A program made the position numbers and the translations under genes. A model generated the notes under the pieces. It did no database searches, was not told the DNA's origin, and saw only the letters and a program-made list of their open reading frames with translations. Shown here piece after piece: positions 10,390-18,179 of a stretch of DNA of 64,000 bases; position 1 is the first letter of the stretch; every line of letters begins with the position of its first letter. Source of the DNA: Sedimentisphaerales bacterium (GTDB lineage: Bacteria > Planctomycetota > Phycisphaerae > Sedimentisphaerales > Anaerobacaceae); the NCBI GenBank assembly GCA_040772485.1, contig JAXGYC010000008.1, forward strand, positions 224,001 to 288,000, given 5' to 3'.

Positions 10390-10565
10390 CCTACATGGTC
10401 CTCGGCGGCGATGTCCACGCCATCCCTATCGATCTTGTCGCGGGGCAGGACCGGCGCCGTCCGGATGAACTGCCGGCAGCGACTGAACACGAACAGCCGC
10501 GGTGCCTCCGGCTTGGTCACGTTCTTGAGCCGTTCGCGGAGCGACCCCCAGCCGTTCTGGCGGCT
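10390..10565 (-). pseudogene. Phage terminase large subunit C-terminal (nuclease domain) fragment
   Basis: SRQNGWGSLRERLK..PRLFVFSRCRQFIRTAPVLPRDKIDRDGVDIAAEDHVG resembles the TerL C-terminal consensus (..GW..R.RL..P.LFVF..C..FIRT.P.LPRD....DDVDT..EDH); no N-terminal ATPase part. Confidence 0.7.
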
Positions 10566-10723
10566 ATGGGTATCCCTCCGCCGGTCAGTGACAGGCATTG
10601 CGATGACGGTGTCGGGCTTGAAATCCAACGAGGCAAGGCATTATCCTGGTATTCGTAGAATCGATTCGTTTCAGGGGCCTACCCGGAATGCACCAACATT
10701 CGTAGATGTGGAAGGAGCTTGCT

Positions 10724-12022
10724 ATGGGACGCGTCCAACCGGGATGCTTGGGGCGATTCAGGCATGTGTGCATGGGGCTTCTGATTGTGGTTTCATGCGC
10801 CTTGGGTCAGTCCTCTCCGGAGCCAACGTTCCCTTCCAGCCAGTCCAATGAGGCCCAGGGAGGAATCACTTCCCGGCTCTTCACGCTTTCGCAACTCGGT
10901 CCGGAACACCTGGCGAACGCCGTTTATCGCCAAGGCGCCGAGAGGAACTCCTGCATTGTGGCCTGGGGCGACCGCCTTCTCCAGTGGCCTCTGGCGAAGA
11001 ATGGGGCGATGCGCGAAGTCTATCCGCGGCAGGAAGACTGGCGGTATAACAACGGCGGTTGTGCTTGGGATGTGGATGAGGACGGCGTCGACGAGATCGT
11101 GACCAGTCGTGGGCCGGGAGGGCATGGAGGAACCCCCCGACAGCACGAACTGGTCTGGTTCGACGAGGTGGAAGGCCGGGGTCAATTCCGGATACACACG
11201 TTCGCACGTATGGACATCGTCGAGTGGGCGGCCCCGCATGACATCCAGCCGTTGGAGGTCCAGGTAGGCGAGGAGCGGGTCCGGGGCGTCGTCTACAACG
11301 TCTCGCGTCGTCAGCTATACTTGGCCGAGGTCCCCCATGATCCCGAGGCCGAATGGCTGATCCACGAGATCGGCCGCTTCCCGAGCGATATGCAATCCGG
11401 CATGGAGATCGCCGACATCGATGGCGACGGACGCGACGACATCGTCAGCGGTATGTTCTGGATCCGCACGCCGCAGGATCCGCGCAGGGGCAACTGGTCA
11501 TTCTACCGCTATGGAGAATGGCAGGAGAACCAGTGGGCGGGGATGGTCAAACCCAAAGTCCAGGATATGGATGGCGACGGGGTGGCAGAGATCGTGGTCA
11601 CCGAGGCGGAGATCCCCGAGGCGCGGCTGGCGATCTTCAAACGCGGAGCCGACCCCACGAAGCTGTGGCAGACGCATCGCCTCGACAAGGGACTCTACGC
11701 CCCCCACAGTCTCGAGGTGACCGATGCCGACGAGGACGGGGACTGCGACATCATCGCCGGCGAGATGACCGCCGGGGGCTGGGACTTCCCGATGCAGGAG
11801 AATCCTACCATCTGGATCTATGTCAACCAAGGCGGCCTGAGCTTTCACAAGGGCCCGCTGGCACAGGGCGAGGGGGTTCACGAGATGAAGCTGGCCCCCG
11901 TGAGAATCGACGGCATGCAGGTCCTGTTTGCCGCCGACGAGATTCAACTCTGGAAGTTCTCGGAGATGGATACACACGTGGGATTCTGGTTGATTGTGCC
12001 GCCACGCCGCTCACCTCGATAG
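10724..12022 (+). CDS. Secreted FG-GAP/VCBS repeat (beta-propeller) protein
   Basis: Repeated DVDEDGVDEI, DIDGDGRDDI, DMDGDGVAEI, DADEDGDCDI Ca-loop motifs; N-terminal hydrophobic segment; AAGGAG RBS. Confidence 0.85.
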   Translation: MGRVQPGCLGRFRHVCMGLLIVVSCALGQSSPEPTFPSSQSNEAQGGITSRLFTLSQLGPEHLANAVYRQGAERNSCIVAWGDRLLQWPLAKNGAMREVYPRQEDWRYNNGGCAWDVDEDGVDEIVTSRGPGGHGGTPRQHELVWFDEVEGRGQFRIHTFARMDIVEWAAPHDIQPLEVQVGEERVRGVVYNVSRRQLYLAEVPHDPEAEWLIHEIGRFPSDMQSGMEIADIDGDGRDDIVSGMFWIRTPQDPRRGNWSFYRYGEWQENQWAGMVKPKVQDMDGDGVAEIVVTEAEIPEARLAIFKRGADPTKLWQTHRLDKGLYAPHSLEVTDADEDGDCDIIAGEMTAGGWDFPMQENPTIWIYVNQGGLSFHKGPLAQGEGVHEMKLAPVRIDGMQVLFAADEIQLWKFSEMDTHVGFWLIVPPRRSPR

Positions 12023-12368
12023 CAGCATGTCAGGAATCGTGGAAGAACCTGCCTGTACCTGTCAGGCGCCGGTGGGACGATCATGGAAACCGGCCTCTTG
12101 CTCTGGGACATAGGCACTTACGTCTCACTTACAGGGGCGGCCCCAGGGCCGCTTGACAGGCGCACCCTGCCCCGTCTCCGCTCTCGCCGAACCCCGCTTT
12201 CAATAGTCAGTCATGATTCCAAGACCCCGTGTTCCGCAGGGAGAGCGACACATGGAGCGGCTGCTGGATTTCGGCCTCGAATCTGCCCGTTTGGCTGGTG
12301 GAGGTGGCATGCTCGTCCTTGGACTGCCCAGCCTTCGAAGAGATCCTATGGAACGAGGCCGGGGGCTA

Positions 12369-13166
12369 TCAGGGGTGCGGCAAGCGCTTCTGCTCGGCAT
12401 CCGTCGGAGGCCAGTGTCTGAAGGTGGACCACATGCCGGGGCTGCCGGCGTCCCATGCCTCCTGGCTCCAGACCTTGTCCTTCTTCCGGTACTCGACGTG
12501 GCCGTCGTAGAAGGCCAGGTTGACCCCTTCGCTGTGCCGGTACAGCGTGGGCCCGTCACAGCCGACGTCCTTGTAAGGCATGATCGTGTCCTGGCCCAGG
12601 ACGTCCCAGCCCTGGACATAGTTCGCCCCCTTCCACCAGAACCACCAGTCATTGCTCTCGCTGAAGAAGAGCTTGCTGGCGGGCGTGGGCACAGTCGTGT
12701 TCTTGTGGCCGGCATAGCCGAAGGCATACCAATCCGAGTAGTACCAGTCCGTGATGTTGGCGCCGTAGCTCAGGAAGTTGCTGTAGAGTCGATCCGGGCG
12801 TTCCTGTATGCCGACCAGATCGCTGGGGCAGCGGAACTCCTTCGGGGAGTGCCAGTCGCTCTCGCCCTCGCCCTGCCTGGCCTTGTAGCCCAGCAGCTTT
12901 CGGAAGAGCTGATTGGAGGGCCAGCCGACCTGGCTGGTGCTGCCACTGCCCTGCGGGCGGTAGATGATGGGCACATACCAGCCGTCCGATTCCTCCGCGT
13001 ACACGACATTGGCCAGGCCCAGGCTCCGGACATGATTGCTGCAGACCATCCGTTTGCCCAACTCCTTGGCCCTCATCAAGGCGGGCATCAAGATGGCCAT
13101 CAACAGGGCGATGATAGAGATGACGACAAGCAGCTCAATCAGGGTGAAAGCTCTCTTCGTTCCCAT
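12369..13166 (-). CDS. Prepilin-type N-terminal cleavage/methylation domain protein with H-X9-DG motif
   Basis: AFTLIELLVVISIIALLMAILMPAL; CPSD; RHSEGVNLAFYDGHV. Confidence 0.9.
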   Translation of the reverse strand: MGTKRAFTLIELLVVISIIALLMAILMPALMRAKELGKRMVCSNHVRSLGLANVVYAEESDGWYVPIIYRPQGSGSTSQVGWPSNQLFRKLLGYKARQGEGESDWHSPKEFRCPSDLVGIQERPDRLYSNFLSYGANITDWYYSDWYAFGYAGHKNTTVPTPASKLFFSESNDWWFWWKGANYVQGWDVLGQDTIMPYKDVGCDGPTLYRHSEGVNLAFYDGHVEYRKKDKVWSQEAWDAGSPGMWSTFRHWPPTDAEQKRLPHP

Positions 13167-13287
13167 GGCGAGTCACTCCCGGGATTTGGCTCCCTTCTGA
13201 CCCCGTTCGGCCATGCCACCGAGCCGTACGATACCATTATACCAGCGCCTTTGCCTTGCACCTAATGTATCGGAGCGGAAAAGAATG

Positions 13288-14703
13288 TCAGAATAGAGGC
13301 TCGCAGACGCGGCAAATGAGGGCCACCTGAGTGCCGGTGGAACCATGAAGGGCCGGCTTCTTCCCCGGCAAGGCGCCGCCGGAACCCGCCACATCCAGCG
13401 GTGGGATCTCATCCGCCGGACCGTCCAGCGTCAGCTTGACGATCGTGTCGATATCGCGTGAATCCGGCTGGGAAACCGTCAACGTAATACCGGAATCCGT
13501 CTGAACCACGGACGCCGTGCCGCCTGTGAGCAACTGGCTCTTGATGATCCTCTTGGGTAGCGGTGGCAGTGCAAGTCTTTCGTTGTCCCACTGCAGCACA
13601 TGGACGTAGATGATGTTCCCCTTGCGCGTGCTGACCAGCGATGAAGCAGGTTTGAACGGTCCGCCGCGCGTGCCGTAGATGCTCTCCCCGTTTCTTTCCA
13701 GCCACAACCCGACCTCCCGGAGCACCTCGACCTGTCGCGGTTCTATTCGTCCATCCGGCATTGGCCCCACGTTGAGCAGCAGGTTCCCGTCGCCGCCTAC
13801 GGTGCGAGCAAGAATATGGATCACTTCCTTGGCCGACTTGATGGTGTCGTTCGGTTTCCACGACCACTGCGTGCCGAGCGTCATACAGGTCTCCCAGGGG
13901 CGTTGGTCGTCGTACTGACCGATCTGCTGTTCCGGGGTGTAGTAGTCGGCACTCCCACTGAGGATTTCGTTGTTGCTGTCGCCGACACCAAGGTCGAGGC
14001 GGTTGTTGATGATGATCTCCGGCTGCATGCTCCGCACAATGGCATAAGTATCGGGCTGGTCATAGAGGGGTTCATGGCCATCCCAGTCGAACCAGAGCAG
14101 ATCAATGCGTCCGTAGTTGCCCAGTAGTTCGCTCACCTCCTTCTGCATCCGAACCAGAAACGCCGCATTGCGCTCCGTACGGAAATCCGGATCGCGCCAG
14201 TCCATCGGGGAAAAATACCAGCCCAGCCTCATCCCCTCGTCATGCGCGGCCTTCGCCAACTCCTGGCAGACGTCACGCTGAAACGGAGTGTTTGCGATGT
14301 TGTAGTCATCCGTCCGGGAATGCCATAGCAGGAAGCCATCGCAGTGCTTTGCCGTCAGCACCATGTATTTCATGCCCGCGGCGCGGGCGGTGTCCACCCA
14401 CTCCGACGCGTCAAACTGGACCGGATTGAAACGCTGATAAAGGCGGTCATAGACTTCGACCGGCGTGGGGCCCTTGTTAGGACACTTGGGATTCGAATTG
14501 GCGCGTGACCAACTGATCTCCAGCCCTGTCAGGCTCACGGGTCCCCAATGAATAAACATGCCGAACCGTGCTTGCCGCCACCACGCCATCCGGACCTCGC
14601 GTTGGGCTCTGGCATCTTCAGGAAGACTCGATGGACCGGGCTGCGCGACGGCGACCGACAGAGGGATCAGAAGCCCCAACGCAAGAAATGCCACTTTCCT
14701 CAT
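13288..14703 (-). CDS. Alpha-L-fucosidase (GH29), secreted
   Basis: WWRQARFGMFIHWG, AGMKYMVLTAKHCDGF, LLWFDW, PWETCMT, GNLLLNVGP; signal peptide after ATG 14703 (GGAGG RBS). Confidence 0.95.
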   Translation of the reverse strand: MRKVAFLALGLLIPLSVAVAQPGPSSLPEDARAQREVRMAWWRQARFGMFIHWGPVSLTGLEISWSRANSNPKCPNKGPTPVEVYDRLYQRFNPVQFDASEWVDTARAAGMKYMVLTAKHCDGFLLWHSRTDDYNIANTPFQRDVCQELAKAAHDEGMRLGWYFSPMDWRDPDFRTERNAAFLVRMQKEVSELLGNYGRIDLLWFDWDGHEPLYDQPDTYAIVRSMQPEIIINNRLDLGVGDSNNEILSGSADYYTPEQQIGQYDDQRPWETCMTLGTQWSWKPNDTIKSAKEVIHILARTVGGDGNLLLNVGPMPDGRIEPRQVEVLREVGLWLERNGESIYGTRGGPFKPASSLVSTRKGNIIYVHVLQWDNERLALPPLPKRIIKSQLLTGGTASVVQTDSGITLTVSQPDSRDIDTIVKLTLDGPADEIPPLDVAGSGGALPGKKPALHGSTGTQVALICRVCEPLF

Positions 14704-14835
14704 GGCTGCCTCCACAATCCACAGGTACGCTCGCGTCTGCCGGACTTCAAAGACACAAACACATGCGAAACCATGAATGAAAGAATAGTAGGTGGGCATC
14801 TGCACGTCAAGGAGACGACAGACCAGGAAGACCCC

Positions 14836-15103
14836 TGACCTGCCCACCGTCCGTGGGGCAGGTCAAGAATACACCAAATCATTCGATCATATTCTCACTG
14901 CAGACTGGACCAGATTTCGGGGGGCAGGTCACTGGCGAATGGATTACAATCACTACTGGCCGCACAGTTCGCTGGGCTACCTGAGCCCGGTGGCGTTCGC
15001 GACGAGTTGTTCTGGGGCTGACCCCGCCACGCTTCGTCAGCCCCAGAACAGCGACAGCTCAAGACGCGCATAAGGAGTGGGTCAGGATCGGGGGGGAAGG
15101 TCA
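14836..15103 (+). mobile_element. Cluster of IS3-family remnants (terminal inverted repeats plus transposase C-terminal fragment)
   Basis: TGACCTGCCC..GGGCAGGTCA at 14836-14865; an end ..GGGGCAGGTCA at 14931; peptide WRMDYNHYWPHSSLGYLSPVAFA (IS3 OrfB C-terminus); an end ..GGGGGAAGGTCA at 15103. Confidence 0.8.
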
Positions 15104-15154
15104 GTGGATGTCCTCCTCTCTCGGAGGCTGACACATGAAGTCGGTGGCAGGCTG

Positions 15155-17962
15155 ATGGTGGTAGAATCACATTTCGTATCAGTCACCACCCCGATTGGGG
15201 ACCTGAAATCTGTCTGGATCGGGGAACAAACACACACGAGAGTCTCCCAGTATCAGACCGCCTTCCTGACGGGTGCAAAACGCCTCCAGGCTCAAGGACT
15301 CGAAAGATTCGCGACAGATTCGGTTGAGGCCTCTTCGAAAGGGGGCACCGGGATCTACAGTGACAATCAGATTCGCCAGCTGGTCAACAATGCATATGCG
15401 GAGTTGCGGATTTATCCAATGGAAGAGCATCTGCAATCGCGCATGCAGAAATCCCTGTACTGGGTTTTGCCGATCCTGAAGAGGGCTTTACGGAAGCTGG
15501 TTGAAAAAGGCGACTTGGAGGATATCCCTGACGATCCGACGCACAGGATCCTGCAGAACCTCAAGAGATACTGCCTCATCCATGCTCCCAAAACGACTTT
15601 TGGCGCCTATATTGTCGAGGGCACATTGTATGTGGAAAGGCCGTATCTGGGGCTTCATATGCTTGAGGAAATCTTGTTTCACGAACTGCTGGAAGCTTGT
15701 GGGGCATCTCATTATCAGGCTGTGAAGCTGACGCAGGATCACCTCTGGGATGCTCTGCTCCCTGAAAAGGAGTATGTTGCAGCGGATACGGATAGCATTC
15801 CCGACGAGTGGGATGATGCTGATGCTGTCATTGACGAGATCTACACGCCCAGGAAGGCGGCAATTGAATCTGCGAATGCGGACATCGAAGCGGCCCAGGA
15901 GGATATCCAGACCGGGCGAGCATATGATTTGCCTGAACAGAGCAATAAGGCACAGGAATTCTTCCACAAGAAATTCGAGCGGTTCAACAGAGCCGTCCAC
16001 AACGCCACATATCAACACGGAAATTATGTGGATTTGCGCGACTTGCCCAACAATGTGGAAATCTATGTGATTGGCGATGCGCATGCCTGTTGGGATAATG
16101 TGGAATTCATCCTCAGGCATAGGGCCCAGTTCATTCCCGGTACAACCATTGCGATCGGTGGAGTTCCATTGTCTGTGCTGGAGAAAGTACAAAGAGGTGA
16201 AGCTGTGCTTGTCTTCAATGGGGATGTTGTGCACTACGACGTTCACAGTGAATACACGCTTGCACAGCAAGACTATATCCGGACCAAGGCAGGCCCGAAC
16301 AGAGCATTTCTGAGGAAGAAAGAAGCTCAGATCATGCGCAAACTGGCTGATATGAGAGCAACCATGACCATACTTGACCTGGTGATGGACCTCAAGATAG
16401 AGAATCCGGATCACGTGTATTGGATCTTAGGCAATCATGATGACTGCATCTATCGCGGTGCGGCAAAATGGAGCATTCATCAGCATTCGCTCTATTGGCT
16501 TGCACTGAAAGAGCGATTTGGACCATGTTGGGGGCATCACTATATCCGCTTCGTTGATGATTGCCCATTGGGGCTGATTTGTGACGGCATGTATGCTTTC
16601 CACGGTGGATTTCCTAAGGAACGCTTGGCGGATTACGAGCAGTGCGAAAAAAACGATCCAGTCGTCAAAGAGTTTGTTGGCACAGGTTTTCGCAATCGCC
16701 ATTTTGACGCTGAAATATCCTCCTTCCTGGAGGCAGAGGGGATCTTCTTTACTTTGATTCTGTTGAGTCATATGCCGGGCTTGTTGGAAAAGAATGAATA
16801 CTGGGCATGGTTGCATAGCAATTCCGTCTGCATGATTTACGGCGCCAAAATCTACACGGGATATGCCATTTTCAAGAATAGAGGCAGTCTTGCCTTTGAA
16901 AATGTGACTGACCCGAGAGGCGTAGAGCTTACGCCCCCCAGGGATTTTGCCATCCCTGCGGTTGAAATCGAACGCCGTTGGGACAGGTTGAGAGTGTATG
17001 TCAGTAACTTGCGTCTCGGCCATTACAGAGACTACACGTTGTACGACGAGACGCCCGTTGTGACGAGGCTCCAGAAGGAGGAACTCATTGAGGTGTCCAT
17101 GCGGGAGATAAGTGAACCTGCGGAAGAGACACATGAGACCTATGAGTTGCCGCGTCAAAGTTGGCTTGCGACCCGTAAGGAAAACATGCGATTCATGCGG
17201 GATACGGCTTCGGCTGTTTGCTATGATGCCGTGATGGCCTTCGTCAGCGGGATTTGCTCTCTGGGCAAGAAATTCTGGGGCCTCGCTGGACTGCTGGGAC
17301 GATTGATTAGCCCCCTCATCAAACTATGGAGTGTGTTGAAACGAGTACTCAGTCCTGTCGTGAGGTTTATGGGGATCATAGCGCGTCCTTTCATTGGGGT
17401 AACACGCTGTGTGATCCGACTTGTCGGAAAAGTCACAAAGGGCATGGGTCGTATCTTCACTTCCATATATGACCAATACCGCAAATGGGGCTTGTCTGAC
17501 CGCATGATTGTCTGTTTGACCGGCATGGAGGAAGGGTTCTTCAGCGGCATCTGGACATGCCTTGTCAACCCGAGTTTCAAATCCATGCTGCGCTTGAATC
17601 CATGGACGGGAGTGATTCTGGACCTGCTGGGGAACGTGATTCCGTTTCTGCTGTTGCACCACCAGCGCTTAGTTTACAGAGGAGGTCATATCTGGCGCGT
17701 TCCTCCGGATGATACCAAGCGGGAGAAACTCCGCGATTATGCTTGGCTGATGGGTATGCGCGTGTCTTTGAATTTGATCCTTGTGCTGATGCTTCATTTT
17801 CTGCCACGGAGCACGAGTGGTTTCTTCGGATTACCAGTTCTCTGGATCCTCCACAGCGCGGTCAATTTCTTGGGCCAGCCCATGGGGATGGTTTCAGACA
17901 ACACAGAATTCGCAACCCAACAAAGTGCTGCGCTCTACGTGGAGAGAACACTGAAGACATGA
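15155..17962 (+). CDS. Large multidomain protein: calcineurin-like/PPP metallophosphoesterase plus C-terminal membrane (CPBP-like) domain; start uncertain
   Basis: IGDAH, NGDVVH, LGNHDD, FHGG motifs; C-terminal hydrophobic helices with EE/FxxxH/HxxxN; visibly lower GC than the flanks. Confidence 0.75.
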   Translation: MVVESHFVSVTTPIGDLKSVWIGEQTHTRVSQYQTAFLTGAKRLQAQGLERFATDSVEASSKGGTGIYSDNQIRQLVNNAYAELRIYPMEEHLQSRMQKSLYWVLPILKRALRKLVEKGDLEDIPDDPTHRILQNLKRYCLIHAPKTTFGAYIVEGTLYVERPYLGLHMLEEILFHELLEACGASHYQAVKLTQDHLWDALLPEKEYVAADTDSIPDEWDDADAVIDEIYTPRKAAIESANADIEAAQEDIQTGRAYDLPEQSNKAQEFFHKKFERFNRAVHNATYQHGNYVDLRDLPNNVEIYVIGDAHACWDNVEFILRHRAQFIPGTTIAIGGVPLSVLEKVQRGEAVLVFNGDVVHYDVHSEYTLAQQDYIRTKAGPNRAFLRKKEAQIMRKLADMRATMTILDLVMDLKIENPDHVYWILGNHDDCIYRGAAKWSIHQHSLYWLALKERFGPCWGHHYIRFVDDCPLGLICDGMYAFHGGFPKERLADYEQCEKNDPVVKEFVGTGFRNRHFDAEISSFLEAEGIFFTLILLSHMPGLLEKNEYWAWLHSNSVCMIYGAKIYTGYAIFKNRGSLAFENVTDPRGVELTPPRDFAIPAVEIERRWDRLRVYVSNLRLGHYRDYTLYDETPVVTRLQKEELIEVSMREISEPAEETHETYELPRQSWLATRKENMRFMRDTASAVCYDAVMAFVSGICSLGKKFWGLAGLLGRLISPLIKLWSVLKRVLSPVVRFMGIIARPFIGVTRCVIRLVGKVTKGMGRIFTSIYDQYRKWGLSDRMIVCLTGMEEGFFSGIWTCLVNPSFKSMLRLNPWTGVILDLLGNVIPFLLLHHQRLVYRGGHIWRVPPDDTKREKLRDYAWLMGMRVSLNLILVLMLHFLPRSTSGFFGLPVLWILHSAVNFLGQPMGMVSDNTEFATQQSAALYVERTLKT

Positions 17963-18029
17963 AGAAATGGATTTTGTTGCGTACATGATTATCCAGAAGG
18001 CCACGGGCTCTTCCGCCCGCAAGTTCTTT

Positions 18030-18170
18030 AGCTACCAGACGCCAGCGGCGTTCGCGGCCGCCTGTTTGGCTGGGGCTCCGGCTTCCGCGGGGCCTGCGCC
18101 TTCGCCAAACAGGACAGAAGCAGTTGACAACCCTCTACTCACAACTGGTACATGATCCGCGGGCAGGTCA
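18030..18170 (+). mobile_element. IS3-family 3' end remnant
   Basis: Peptide SYQTPAAFAAAC (end of IS3 OrfB) followed by CTCACAACTGGTACATGATCCGCGGGCAGGTCA right-end IR. Confidence 0.7.
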
Positions 18171-18179
18171 TTTGCTTTT

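Larger units (their letters stand above)
10354..12169. repeat. 18-bp inverted repeat pair (17/18 identical) bounding a 1.8-kb segment
   Basis: CAGGGTGTGCCTGTCAAG at 10354-10371 and CTTGACAGGCGCACCCTG at 12152-12169. Confidence 0.65.

Noticed and set aside
13288..13400. Possibly truncated CBM/F5-8 domain at the fucosidase C-terminus (GSGGALPGKKPA...)
   Set aside because: The resemblance is too short to support; the catalytic domain appears complete.
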